In this document: positions 17,443-31,719 of the stretch, piece by piece
Layout of the letters: each line of letters opens with the position of its first letter
Position numbering within the stretch: the stretch's first letter is position 1
Assembly (NCBI GenBank): GCA_965214975.1
Contig: OZ244055.1
Span: forward strand, 1,430,994 to 1,494,993
Length of the DNA stretch: 64,000 nucleotides
Reading direction: 5' to 3'
Source: Alphaproteobacteria bacterium
GTDB taxonomy: Bacteria; Pseudomonadota; Alphaproteobacteria; MPNO01; UBA830
The notes under the pieces: model-generated
Seen by the model: only the letters and a program-made list of their open reading frames with translations
What the model was told of the DNA's origin: nothing
The model's database searches: none
Program-made: the position numbers and the translations under genes

Positions 17443-19014
17443 ATGACCGTTGACATGTCCAGGCAGCCCGAACTCGCGCTGCCTTTCGAATCCGTGCGGA
17501 CCCTGCTCGCGCGCTGGCGGACACGGGACGCCGAGAAGACCGCGATCGTGGATCTGGATCAGGACTGCCGGCGGATCTCCTGGGGGCGGCTGGCCGACGA
17601 GGCGGACAGGATCGCCCGGTTCCTGTCCGACCGCGGCATCCGCCCGGGCGACAGGGTCGTGCTGCTCGCCGACGAGGTCATCGAGAAGCTCGTCGTCTGG
17701 ACGGGAATCTGGAGGCTCGGGGCCGCGGTCTGTCCTCTCAACGTCGAACTGAACGAGACCCACATCGCCGAGCTTGTCGAACAGATCGAGCCCGCGCTGA
17801 TTCTCTGCCATCGCGACCTCGACAGTTCCGGGCTCGTCCGCAACGACGGCGCGCCCGTGCTCCGTTTCGGGGACTGGCCCGACGGCGGGGACGAGTTCTT
17901 CTCGGACGTCGCGGCGCTGCCCGAGGGTGCCGGAAGCGATCTCGAAAGCGAGAACGGCCCGGAGGATCTGGCGGCGATCTTCTGCACTTCGGGAACCGCC
18001 GCCAAGCCGAAGAGCGTTCTCTACAACTTCATGTCCTACTGGCTGAGCGGGCTGTCCACGATCGACATGCTCGGCCTCACGGAGGACGACCGCACCCTCG
18101 AATACCGCTCGTTCGGGTGGAACTCGGCGCAGATCCTCAGCCTGATGCCCTGGATCGAGCTCGGCCTGACGATGCACATCGCCAAGAGGTTCTCCCGCTC
18201 GAGATTCTTCGACTGGATCCGGACGCACGGGATCACCTTCTCTGCGGGGGTTCCCACGGTCGTCAACATGCTTCTCAACGAACCTCCCCCCGAAAGGGAC
18301 CGCCACGTCCCGACGCTGCGCCTGATGACCTGCTCGACCGCGCCCCTCTCGCCGGACCAGTGGAAGAGTTTCGAGGAACTCTACGACATCACGCTCCTGC
18401 AGCTCTACGGGATGTCCGAGGCGGGCTGGATCTGCGGCAACCGCCATTACCGCAAGCGCATGGGAACCGTGGGGCCTCCCGCCAGGCACCAGGAACTCGC
18501 CATTGTCGACGCCGACGGCAAGACCTGCCCGCCCGGCGTCTCGGGAGAGATCACCGTCGGCGGCCCGCAGGCCTGCATGGCCACGATCTCGCCCGAGGGC
18601 GAGCATGTCGGTCACGAGGGACAGCGCATTCCCACCGGGGACATCGGGGTCATGGACGACGACGGCTTCGTCACCGTCGTCGGCCGCATCAAGGATCTGA
18701 TCATCCGCGGGGGCGTGAACATCGCCCCCGTCGAGATCGACAACGTGCTGCTGCGCCACCCCGGAATCCTGGAAGCCGCCGCCGTCGGCGTCCCCCACGA
18801 CATCTACGGCGAGGAGGTCGTCGCCTACGTCGCCCTCAGGCAGGGGAAAAGCCTGTCCGAGGCCGATGTCGTCGCGTGGTGCCGGGACAGCCTGCCCCAG
18901 GTCAAGTCCCCGAAGCGGATCTACTTCGTCGACGAAATGCCGAAATCCGACCGCGGCAAGGTGATGCGCGAACGGCTTCGGGAAATCTGGGCGGCCGAGG
19001 AGGGTGCGCTCTGA
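17443..19014 (+). CDS. AMP-dependent synthetase/ligase (acyl-CoA synthetase family)
   Basis: AMP-binding motif CTSGTAAKPKSV, plus YGMSEAG, GEITVGG, TGDIG..DDDGF and the C-terminal hinge K (PKSDRGKV). The start (17428/17443/17455) is ambiguous. Confidence 0.75.
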   Translation: MTVDMSRQPELALPFESVRTLLARWRTRDAEKTAIVDLDQDCRRISWGRLADEADRIARFLSDRGIRPGDRVVLLADEVIEKLVVWTGIWRLGAAVCPLNVELNETHIAELVEQIEPALILCHRDLDSSGLVRNDGAPVLRFGDWPDGGDEFFSDVAALPEGAGSDLESENGPEDLAAIFCTSGTAAKPKSVLYNFMSYWLSGLSTIDMLGLTEDDRTLEYRSFGWNSAQILSLMPWIELGLTMHIAKRFSRSRFFDWIRTHGITFSAGVPTVVNMLLNEPPPERDRHVPTLRLMTCSTAPLSPDQWKSFEELYDITLLQLYGMSEAGWICGNRHYRKRMGTVGPPARHQELAIVDADGKTCPPGVSGEITVGGPQACMATISPEGEHVGHEGQRIPTGDIGVMDDDGFVTVVGRIKDLIIRGGVNIAPVEIDNVLLRHPGILEAAAVGVPHDIYGEEVVAYVALRQGKSLSEADVVAWCRDSLPQVKSPKRIYFVDEMPKSDRGKVMRERLREIWAAEEGAL

Positions 19015-19027
19015 CCTCCGCCCGCCT

Positions 19028-20395
19028 TCAGGAACCCCAGGGCGCCACCGCCTCCTTGAGAGCCCGGTAGCCCTCGAGAAAGCCCGGGCGGACGCCTCCA
19101 TAGATCGAATCGAAGGCGGAGAGCGCGCCGTCAAGCCAGTCGCGCAGTTCCGCGTTGTCCGGATTGGCGTCGAGATAGGCGTCGCGGATCAGCACGAAAT
19201 GGATCCGCGGATCGTAGGGCTGCTTGGTGCCGCCCATGGATTCGTCGCCGTCGAGAAGCCGCAGCAGCATCGCGTCGGCCGAACCGAGCGTCTGCTCGTG
19301 GATGGGCGGCCCCGACATCCGGTGCATGACGGAGGTCATGTCGCGGCCGTTGCCCGTGACGTATCCCATCTCGCGCCAAGTTTCGCGCATGTCGACCTCG
19401 TGGCCGAGATGCTTCGCGACCCGGCCGCCGTAGGCGCGCAGCGGATCGGACACGTCGGCCAGCAGATCCGTCAGGCGGTCGCCGTCGAGATCGGTGGCGA
19501 GAACGATGCAGTCCCGCTGCTCGACGAGATCCCACAGCAGCAGGCCGTAGTTCGTGTCGGAGATGTGCTGCTCGATGCGGCCGCCCCAGTTCTCCATGCC
19601 GTCCTTGAAGTCCGGAGGCAGCAGGGCGACGATGCGGTCGACCCGTTCCTTGTGCTCCCGGTAGGGGTCGACCGCGTATCTGCGCCCGACCTCGAAGCCG
19701 GTCCCCTGCAGCAGCCACGAATGGAGGCCCGCGTTGATGCCGTCCTCCATGGCCTGCGTCGGCTTCGTCGCCACCCTTCCGATCGCCCCGGTCTCGTGCA
19801 CCATCTTCAGGAACAGGCGGTTGGCGTAGGCGAGCTGGACGCCCGGCGTGTTCATCTCCGAATGGATCACGCCCTTTTCGTCGACGTCGAAGACCGCGCG
19901 GTCCTGCGAGTACGGAAGGCAGGGCATGCAGCGCACGACGGTGATCGGACCGTAGGGCCGGACGTTGCAGTAGACCCCGGCCTGGGTGCGCAGCGGCGCG
20001 TTGCCGGACTTGCCCATGACGACGACCCTGCCGCCCTTTCCGTCGTCGACGTAGGCGTCGCCGGCCGTCGACCACTTGATCGACGTGCAGGGCATGTTCC
20101 CGAACCAGGCCAGGGGCCTGAGCTCCATGTCGTGGCGGTACTGGGACCACATCGGGACCGCGTAGAACGGCAGGCCCAGAACGTCGACGGCGGCGATCGT
20201 GCCGAGGAGCGCGTAGGCGTCGGTCAGGCAGTGCGCGACCGGATTCACCTTCCCGTCGTGGTTTCCGCCCTTCCAGACGACGGCGTCGTCATGGCCTTCG
20301 GGCCGGACGTCCGCGGGCTCGAACATCCCGTCGAAGACCGAGAACAGGTCTCCTCCGTCGGCCTCGGTGCGCGCGATGGACAGCAGATCGATCAT
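19028..20395 (-). CDS. Conserved hypothetical protein, ~455 aa, function unknown
   Basis: Long non-repetitive ORF with SD GGGAGAAAGAGGG before ATG 20395 and codon usage matching neighbours. No motif recognised by eye. Confidence 0.45.
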   Translation of the reverse strand: MIDLLSIARTEADGGDLFSVFDGMFEPADVRPEGHDDAVVWKGGNHDGKVNPVAHCLTDAYALLGTIAAVDVLGLPFYAVPMWSQYRHDMELRPLAWFGNMPCTSIKWSTAGDAYVDDGKGGRVVVMGKSGNAPLRTQAGVYCNVRPYGPITVVRCMPCLPYSQDRAVFDVDEKGVIHSEMNTPGVQLAYANRLFLKMVHETGAIGRVATKPTQAMEDGINAGLHSWLLQGTGFEVGRRYAVDPYREHKERVDRIVALLPPDFKDGMENWGGRIEQHISDTNYGLLLWDLVEQRDCIVLATDLDGDRLTDLLADVSDPLRAYGGRVAKHLGHEVDMRETWREMGYVTGNGRDMTSVMHRMSGPPIHEQTLGSADAMLLRLLDGDESMGGTKQPYDPRIHFVLIRDAYLDANPDNAELRDWLDGALSAFDSIYGGVRPGFLEGYRALKEAVAPWGS

Positions 20396-20450
20396 GAAAC
20401 CCTCTTTCTCCCGTGGCGGGAAACGGTTGCGGCGGGCGCCGCGAACGGGC

Positions 20451-23096
<2,646 letters not shown>

Positions 23097-23134
23097 GATC
23101 CGGTTCCGTGCAGATTCGCCCCGCGCCGCCCGCC

Positions 23135-23146
23135 GGGGGGGGGGGG
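23135..23146. repeat. Homopolymeric G12 (C12 on the minus strand) tract in the recA-alaS intergenic region, ~40 nt upstream of the alaS start
   Basis: Counted directly from the sequence: 12 consecutive G at 23135-23146. Confidence 0.9.
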
Positions 23147-23177
23147 CGGCGCGGGGCGTCGACGCGGTCAAGATATA

Positions 23178-23220
23178 CCGGTTCCGGGCGGCCCGGGCCA
23201 CCGCGCCCCGACCGGAACGG
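23178..23220 (-). terminator. Candidate intrinsic terminator downstream of recA
   Basis: On the minus strand, CCGUUCCGG pairs with CCGGAACCGG (one-nucleotide bulge) around a GC-rich loop, followed by UAUAUCUU, starting 19 nt after the recA stop. Read by eye; no energy was calculated. Confidence 0.3.
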
Positions 23221-23238
23221 CCTCGCGGAGCGCGCGGC

Positions 23239-24327
23239 TCAGAGAGCCTGCCGCTCCTCCTCTGCCCCGGCCTCGGGGCCGGGCGGGCCGCCGCCCGCCG
23301 CCGCCTCGGGCGGCGCGCCCGCATGCTCGAGAATCTCCCGGCGAAGCCGGTCCGCGACCTCGGGGTTCCCCAAGAGATAGGACTTGGCGTTCTCGCGCCC
23401 CTGGCCGATCCGCTCGTCGCCGTAGGAATACCAGGCCCCGGACTTCTCGACGATGCCGGCCTTCTCGCCGAGATCGACCAGCTCGCCGGCTTGCGAGATC
23501 CCCTGGCCGTACATGATGTCGAACTGCACGTTCTTGAAGGGCGGCGCCATCTTGTTCTTGACCACCCTGACGCGGGCCTGGTTGCCGACGACCTCGTCCT
23601 TGATCTTGATGGAGGGGCCGCGGCGGATGTCGATGCGCACCGAGGAATAGAACTTCAGGGCGTTGCCGCCGGTGGTCGTTTCGGGGCTGCCGAACAGCAC
23701 CCCGATCTTCATGCGGATCTGGTTGATGAACACGACCAGGCACCGCGACCTGTTGACGGAGCCGGTCAGCTTGCGCAGCGCCTGGCTCATGAGCCGCGCC
23801 TGCAGCCCGACATGCGCGTCGCCCATCTCGCCCTCGAGCTCGGCCCTCGGAACCAGCGCCGCCACCGAATCGATGACGATCACGTCGGCGGCTCTCTCGT
23901 TCTCGGGCCCGCTCACCAGCGAATCCGCGATCGCGAGCGCCTGCTCGCCGGCATCGGGCTGGGCGACCAGCAGCTCGGGGACATTGACGCCGAGTTTCCC
24001 CGCGTAGACGGGATCGAGGGCGTGTTCGGCGTCGATGAACACGCAGGCGCCTCCGGCCTTCTGCGCCTCCGCGATGACGTGAAGCGCGAGCGTGGTCTTG
24101 CCCGAGCTTTCCGGCCCGTAGATCTCGACGATGCGGCCGCGCGGAAGGCCGCCGATCCCGAGCGCGAGGTCGAGGCCGAGGGAGCCGGTCGACACCGCCT
24201 CGACGCCCGCCTGCGCCGAAGCGTCCCCGAGCCTCATGATGGCGCCCTTGCCGTGGGCCCGCTCGATCCGGGCTATGGCGGCGTCGAGGGCCTTGGACTT
24301 CTCCGACTTCTCCGTCGGCTCTTTCAT
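23239..24327 (-). CDS. recA: Recombinase A, 362 aa
   Basis: [23 protein letters not shown], Walker [10 protein letters not shown], and the [11 protein letters not shown] and [15 protein letters not shown] blocks. SD AGGGAGAA before ATG 24327. Confidence 0.95.
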   Translation of the reverse strand: MKEPTEKSEKSKALDAAIARIERAHGKGAIMRLGDASAQAGVEAVSTGSLGLDLALGIGGLPRGRIVEIYGPESSGKTTLALHVIAEAQKAGGACVFIDAEHALDPVYAGKLGVNVPELLVAQPDAGEQALAIADSLVSGPENERAADVIVIDSVAALVPRAELEGEMGDAHVGLQARLMSQALRKLTGSVNRSRCLVVFINQIRMKIGVLFGSPETTTGGNALKFYSSVRIDIRRGPSIKIKDEVVGNQARVRVVKNKMAPPFKNVQFDIMYGQGISQAGELVDLGEKAGIVEKSGAWYSYGDERIGQGRENAKSYLLGNPEVADRLRREILEHAGAPPEAAAGGGPPGPEAGAEEERQAL

Positions 24328-24643
24328 CGCGTTCTCCCTGACCACGCTGAGGCTGGCACCGGTCATCCTTCGTCTCCTTGTTCCACGGTCGCTGGCGAAT
24401 CTCAACCTTCGTCGCCACATGCGTACAAGGTCTGTTCAGGGAACGCAAGCCCTTTTTTCGGAATCCGCGCCATCGCCATCGAAACCTCGGCACCGCCCCC
24501 TGTTCCCTTCTGGATCGTTTTTTCAACAGGTTGCGTGACGGCTTCAGGGAGGAAGCGGAATCCGGCCCTCGCGCCCCGAAGTTGTCCACAACTTTTTTCG
24601 TCTTTTGTTCCCGCGGCCGATTCGCCGGGGGCGAACCTTCGCG

Positions 24644-27352
24644 TCACCGCCCCGAACCCGCGGCCGCGGAAACCCGCCCTGCGGCGTCCTCCAGGAAAGC
24701 CCGCATCGCGTTCACCGCTTCCCCGCTCACCTCCCTGCCCGAAAGAATGCGCAGGACCTCGAGAGCCCCGCCTCGCGGCTCCCCCTCGGTCAGGAACGCG
24801 GCGGCGGCCTCCTCGTCGGCGGGCTCCGGCCGACCCTCCAGAACCGCCAGACCGGCCGCGCCGAGCCTGACCGCCTCCGCCGCCGGAACGCGGGCCTCTT
24901 CCCCGAACCCTCCGCCGGCCAGCAGCTGCGCCGCCATCAGTTTCCGCTCGGCCTGGTCGACGAGGGCGCGGGCGCGCCGGTCGCGGCCCGCGTCGCCGTC
25001 CGCGGGATGAACCTCCCGCATCGTCTCCGCGGGCAGGGAGATCAGCCCCGCCTCGGCCATGCGGAGCATCGAATCGTGCGCGCCCCGGTCGATCACGCTG
25101 ACCTTGAAGCCGGAGTCCGCGGCCAGGCGGCGCTGTTCCGCCTCGACGCTCTCGGCCGGCAGGTCGAGCACCACCAGAACGGCCCTCTCCCCGTCCTCCC
25201 GCACCAGCATGCGCCGGAACGCCGCGCCGTGCCGGGCGACGAGATCGTCGCGCAGGATTTCCGACGGGTCGGAGGCCGGTTCGGCGTCGCTCCTCTTCTC
25301 GATCACCTCGTTGAGCCGTTCCATGAACGCGCCGCGGCCCGTCGGAAGGCGGACTTCCGAAAGCTCGCCCTTGCCGTCGAGCACCCCCTCGGCGAGCGTC
25401 CGCTTCTGGGCGAGCAGCCCGATCATGCGGTGCTCGATGGTGTCCTCGCTCACCAGGTTGATGATGCTGACGGAGCGGGTCTGGTGCTTGCGCCAGGCGC
25501 GCGAGACGCGCTGTTCGAGGCGGGCCGGGTTCCAGGGCTGGTCGAGATTGATGACCGTGTCCGCAACCTGGAGGTTGAGGCCCACGCCGCCCGATTCGGA
25601 GGACAGGAACAGCCTGCACGACCGGTCCTCCCGGAACCGGCGGATCTCCGCGCGGCGGCGGTGCTGCGGGACGCTGCCTGTGTGCCAGGCGAACTCCAGC
25701 CCGTTTTCGGCGGCGAACCCGCGCACCAGTTCCAGCATCCGGACCCATTCCGAGAACACGATGATCTTGCGGTCCGGATCCTCGAGCAGTTCCGGCACCA
25801 GCTTCTCGAACTCCTCGAGCTTGGGGCAGTCCCGGTGCTCGTCGCCGAGGATGTAGGGCGTGTCGCAGACCATGCGCATGCAGGCGAGGTACCGTTGCAG
25901 CTTGTCGAACTCCTCGGCGGTGAGGGGCCTCCGGCGCGCGATCGCCGCCAGGCGCGCGACGAGATACTCGTAGTCCTCGTACACGCTGCGCTGCTGGTCC
26001 GTCATCGGAACGAAGAACGTCTTGGTCGTGCGGGCCGGGAGCTGGGTCTCCACGTTTTCCCTGCGCCGGCGGAGCATGACCGAGGAGATCCTCCGCGCCA
26101 GCTTGTCGAGGTTGCGCAGGCCCACGGGACGGCCCCGTTCGTCGAGCTCGTAGTATTCCCGGTTGAAGCGGAACAGCGGGCCGAGAATCTCGGGATCGAG
26201 GAACTGGACGATGGAGTAGAGCTCGTCGATGCGGTTCTCGATCGGCGTGCCGGTGAGCACGAACGCGTAGCGGCTCCGGAGCCTTTTCACCGCGCTCGCC
26301 GTTCTGGTCTGCCAGTTCTTGATGCGCTGGGCCTCGTCGAGGACGATCACGTCGGGCTCCAGGGCGTCGAGCATGTCCTGGCCGTCCGCGAGAACCTGTT
26401 CGTAGTTGCACAGCGTGAAGAACGACCGCTCGGCGTAGGCGCCGCGCCGCGCCGCGCGGTTGCCGAAGACCACGGTGACGGTCTCGTCGCAGAACTTCCC
26501 GATCTGCTCCTCCCATTCGCTCTTCAGCGACGCCGGCGAGACCACCAGCGCGCGGCGGATCCGCCGGCGGTCGCGCAGGAGGACGCAGGCCGCGATCGCC
26601 TGCACCGTCTTGCCGAGGCCCATGTCGTCGGCCAGCAGCGCCCTCTCCCCGAACGCGAGATGGGCCGCGCCCTCGACCTGGTAGGGCAGCAGCGGAAGCT
26701 TGAGGGAATCGAAGGACCGGCGGCCGGATTCGATGTCCTTCATGAAGCGGTCGTACTCGCTCCGGCGGCGCCTCCCGTCGGCGATCGACGCGACCCAGCC
26801 GTCAAGGAGGCGGGAAACCCTGAGAGAGGCGGGCCTGTCCGCGGCCAGGCGCCGCAGCGCGGCCAGGGCCTTGGCCGAGCCGCGCCGAAGGTGGCGGACC
26901 AGACCGTCGACCTCGAGCTCGAGCTCGGGATCGTCGCGCACGATCGACGCGGGAACCCTGAGCTGCAGCTTGCGCTCGCCGCGCTCGTCGAGAAAGACCT
27001 CGATGCGGGAACTGACCGGCCCGCTCTCGCCGCGGGCGCGGAACCGGCGCAGGACGCCTTCCACGTGCTTGCAGGTGCCGAGCCGGTTGGTCCGGAAGTC
27101 GTGGCACTCGCACGAGTTGATGCGTTCGCGCCGGCTGCGGATCTCCACCACGTAGTCGTTGCCGCTCGACGACGTCACCAGGTAGTCGGAAAACCCGCCG
27201 AGTCCCTCGTCCAGGTTCCGGACCCCGTCGATCTCGGTCCGTCCGCGCCATTCCCGCCGCCTGACCTCGTCCTCGTCCGTGGACAGCCACCCCACGAAAG
27301 TCGGTGCGCGTTCGGCCGCGCGGGCAGCGCCTTTCACGCCGTTTCCGTCCAT
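24644..27352 (-). CDS. SNF2-family helicase with N-terminal SWIM zinc finger, 902 aa
   Basis: SWIM CxC..C.H (INSCECHDFRTNRLGTCKH). SNF2_N motifs LADDMGLGKT, DEAQRIKN and LTGTPIENR, plus Helicase_C blocks (LNLQVADTVINLDQPWNPARLEQRVSRAWR). ATG 27352 is in frame. Confidence 0.8.
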   Translation of the reverse strand: MDGNGVKGAARAAERAPTFVGWLSTDEDEVRRREWRGRTEIDGVRNLDEGLGGFSDYLVTSSSGNDYVVEIRSRRERINSCECHDFRTNRLGTCKHVEGVLRRFRARGESGPVSSRIEVFLDERGERKLQLRVPASIVRDDPELELEVDGLVRHLRRGSAKALAALRRLAADRPASLRVSRLLDGWVASIADGRRRRSEYDRFMKDIESGRRSFDSLKLPLLPYQVEGAAHLAFGERALLADDMGLGKTVQAIAACVLLRDRRRIRRALVVSPASLKSEWEEQIGKFCDETVTVVFGNRAARRGAYAERSFFTLCNYEQVLADGQDMLDALEPDVIVLDEAQRIKNWQTRTASAVKRLRSRYAFVLTGTPIENRIDELYSIVQFLDPEILGPLFRFNREYYELDERGRPVGLRNLDKLARRISSVMLRRRRENVETQLPARTTKTFFVPMTDQQRSVYEDYEYLVARLAAIARRRPLTAEEFDKLQRYLACMRMVCDTPYILGDEHRDCPKLEEFEKLVPELLEDPDRKIIVFSEWVRMLELVRGFAAENGLEFAWHTGSVPQHRRRAEIRRFREDRSCRLFLSSESGGVGLNLQVADTVINLDQPWNPARLEQRVSRAWRKHQTRSVSIINLVSEDTIEHRMIGLLAQKRTLAEGVLDGKGELSEVRLPTGRGAFMERLNEVIEKRSDAEPASDPSEILRDDLVARHGAAFRRMLVREDGERAVLVVLDLPAESVEAEQRRLAADSGFKVSVIDRGAHDSMLRMAEAGLISLPAETMREVHPADGDAGRDRRARALVDQAERKLMAAQLLAGGGFGEEARVPAAEAVRLGAAGLAVLEGRPEPADEEAAAAFLTEGEPRGGALEVLRILSGREVSGEAVNAMRAFLEDAAGRVSAAAGSGR

Positions 27353-27453
27353 TCCCTCCCCGCCTTCCCGTGCGATCCCGCGACGGCCGCGGGCCTCCCC
27401 GCCGTTGTGCGGAACCGGCGGCACGATTGCAACGCCCGGCGATTCGCCGCGCC

Positions 27454-29415
<1,962 letters not shown>

Positions 29416-29432
29416 CGCGACGCGACGGCAGG

Positions 29433-31037
29433 CTACATCCGGAACACGCCGAAGGCCGTGTCCTCGTCCGGCCCGCCGCGGGCGGCGGCGAGACAGAGCG
29501 CGAGCACCATGCGCGTCTCCGCGGGCTCGATGATTCCGTCGTCCCACAGCCGCGCCGTCGCGTGGAGCGGGTGCCCCTCGGTTTCGTACTTCTCGCGGAT
29601 CGGCCTCTTGAAGGCCTCCTCGTCCTCTTCCGGCCACGCGCCGCCGCCGGCCTCGACGCGCCCGCGCCGGACGGCCGCGAGAACGCTCGCGGCCTGCTCG
29701 CCGCCCATCACGGAGATCCGCGCCGTCGGCCACATGAACAGGAAGCGCGGGTCGTAGGCGCGGCCGCACATGCCGTAGTTGCCGGCGCCGAAGGAGCCGC
29801 CGACGATGACGGTGAATTTCGGAACCCGCGCGCAGGCAACGGCGGTCACGAGCTTGGCGCCGTCCTTGGCGATGCCGCCCGCCTCGTAGGACCGCCCGAC
29901 CATGAAGCCGGTGACGTTCTGCAGGAACACCAGCGGAACGTGTCGCTTGCAGCACAGCTCGATGAAATGCGCCCCCTTGAGCGCGGATTCCGAGAACAGG
30001 ACGCCGTTGCTGGCGACGACTCCGACGGCCATGCCGTGGATGCGCGCGAAGCCGCAGACCAGGGTCGTCCCGTAGAGCGCCTTGAACTCCTCGAACTCCG
30101 AACCGTCGACGATCCGCCCGATCACCTCCCGGACCTCGAACGGGGTGCGCAGGTCGGCGGGGACAAGGCCGTTCAGCTCCTCGGGGTCGTGGACCGGCTC
30201 CGCGAAATCCCGGACCGGCGCCCCGCCCGCGGGGGCGCCGAGATCGGCGACGATGCGCCGGACGATGGCGAGCGCGTGGCCGTCGTCGTCGGCCGCGTAG
30301 TCCGCGACGCCGGAGACCCGGGCGTGGACGTCGGCGCCGCCGAGCTCCTCCGCGGTCACCACCTCGCCCGTGGCCGCCCTGACCAGCGGCGGCCCGCCGA
30401 GAAAGATCGTGCCCTGCCCGCGGACGATCACGCTCTGGTCCGACATCGCCGGGACGTAGGCGCCGCCGGCGGTGCAGGATCCCATGACCGCCGCGATCTG
30501 GGGGATGCCCGCCGCCGACATGACGGCCTGGTTGAAGAAGATCCGCCCGAAATGCTCGCGGTCCGGGAACACCTCGTCCTGCCGGGGCAGGTTCGCCCCG
30601 CCGGAATCGACGAGATAGACGCAGGGCAGCCGGTTGCGGTGTGCGATCTCCTGGGCCCGCAGGTGCTTCTTCACCGTGAGCGGGTAGTAGGTGCCGCCCT
30701 TGACCGTCGCGTCGTTGGCCACGATCGCGCATTCCCTTCCCGACACGCGGCCCACTCCGGTGACGATGCCCGCCGCGGGCACCTCCTCGTCGTAGACCCC
30801 CCGCGCGGCGAGCGGCGAGAGCTCGAGAAACGGCGCCCCCGGATCGACCAGGGCGTCGATGCGGTCCCGGACCGGCATCTTGCCCCGCGCGCGGTGGCGT
30901 TCCCGCGCCGCCTCCCCGCCGCCGAGGCGCGCCGCCGCCAGCGCCGACCGCAAGTCGCCGATCGCCGCGCGCATCGCGGCCTCGTTCGCCCGGAACCCGG
31001 CCGAGGCCGGATCCGCGGAGGTCGGGATGACGGCCAT
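29433..31037 (-). CDS. Acyl-CoA carboxylase carboxyltransferase (beta) subunit, MccB-like, 534 aa
   Basis: Two crotonase-like CT halves ([27 protein letters not shown]). Length and N-terminus are typical of methylcrotonyl/geranyl-CoA carboxylase beta subunits. Confidence 0.85.
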   Translation of the reverse strand: MAVIPTSADPASAGFRANEAAMRAAIGDLRSALAAARLGGGEAARERHRARGKMPVRDRIDALVDPGAPFLELSPLAARGVYDEEVPAAGIVTGVGRVSGRECAIVANDATVKGGTYYPLTVKKHLRAQEIAHRNRLPCVYLVDSGGANLPRQDEVFPDREHFGRIFFNQAVMSAAGIPQIAAVMGSCTAGGAYVPAMSDQSVIVRGQGTIFLGGPPLVRAATGEVVTAEELGGADVHARVSGVADYAADDDGHALAIVRRIVADLGAPAGGAPVRDFAEPVHDPEELNGLVPADLRTPFEVREVIGRIVDGSEFEEFKALYGTTLVCGFARIHGMAVGVVASNGVLFSESALKGAHFIELCCKRHVPLVFLQNVTGFMVGRSYEAGGIAKDGAKLVTAVACARVPKFTVIVGGSFGAGNYGMCGRAYDPRFLFMWPTARISVMGGEQAASVLAAVRRGRVEAGGGAWPEEDEEAFKRPIREKYETEGHPLHATARLWDDGIIEPAETRMVLALCLAAARGGPDEDTAFGVFRM

Positions 31038-31101
31038 CAACCCGGACTCCGCAAGCGTCCGCGGGGGCCCCGGGGAGCGACCGGCGCCGCGTTCCCGTTC
31101 A

Positions 31102-31719
31102 TCAGCGCGTGAAGATCCATGGCTCCCGTTTCCGGCGCTCGGCCTCGAACGCCGCCAGCGCGCTCCCGTGTTCCATGACGAGGTCGTGGTCGTCGAGGCC
31201 GTTGAGCAGCCGGTGGCGGTCGAACGCGTCGATCTCGAAGCGGCGCTCCCGCCCGTCGGGAGCGGTCACGATCCGGCGCTCGAGGTCGATCGCGACGCGC
31301 GCTCCGGGCTCAGCGTGCAGCGCCGCGCGGAGATCCGCGCACGTCTCCGCGGGCAGCCGCGCCGGAAGCACGCCGCACTGGACGCAGTTGCCGCGATGGA
31401 TCTCGCCGAAACTCGGCGCAACGACCGCCCGGATGCCGTTGGCGAGAAGCGCGTAGACCGCGGCCTCGCGCGAGGATCCGCACCCCCAGTTCGCGTCGGC
31501 CACGATGATCCCGGCGCCGCGGTAGGGCTCCCGGTTGAAAACGAAGTCCGGCCGCTCCCCGCCGTCCGCATCGTGGCGGAGATCGTGGAACAGGAACCGG
31601 TCGTAGCCCTTGCTGCCGCGGGGGTGGCGCAGAAAGCGCGCGGGGATGATCCGGTCGGTGTCGCAGTCGGCGATGTCGATCGGCACCGCGACCGCGCGAA
31701 ACCGGACGAAGGCTTCCAT
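31102..31719 (-). CDS. leuD: 3-isopropylmalate dehydratase small subunit homolog (LeuD-like), 205 aa
   Basis: Aligns across its full length with E. coli LeuD as recalled ([32 protein letters not shown]; [16 protein letters not shown]). The ATG overlaps the LeuC stop (ATGA). Confidence 0.8.
   Translation of the reverse strand: MEAFVRFRAVAVPIDIADCDTDRIIPARFLRHPRGSKGYDRFLFHDLRHDADGGERPDFVFNREPYRGAGIIVADANWGCGSSREAAVYALLANGIRAVVAPSFGEIHRGNCVQCGVLPARLPAETCADLRAALHAEPGARVAIDLERRIVTAPDGRERRFEIDAFDRHRLLNGLDDHDLVMEHGSALAAFEAERRKREPWIFTR

Noticed and set aside
24328-24500. Search for an alphaproteobacterial SOS box (GTTC-N7-GTTC / GAAC-N7-GAAC) upstream of recA
   Set aside because: Only imperfect matches were seen (for example GTTCAGGGAAC with wrong spacing). 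A LexA site cannot be claimed from inspection.
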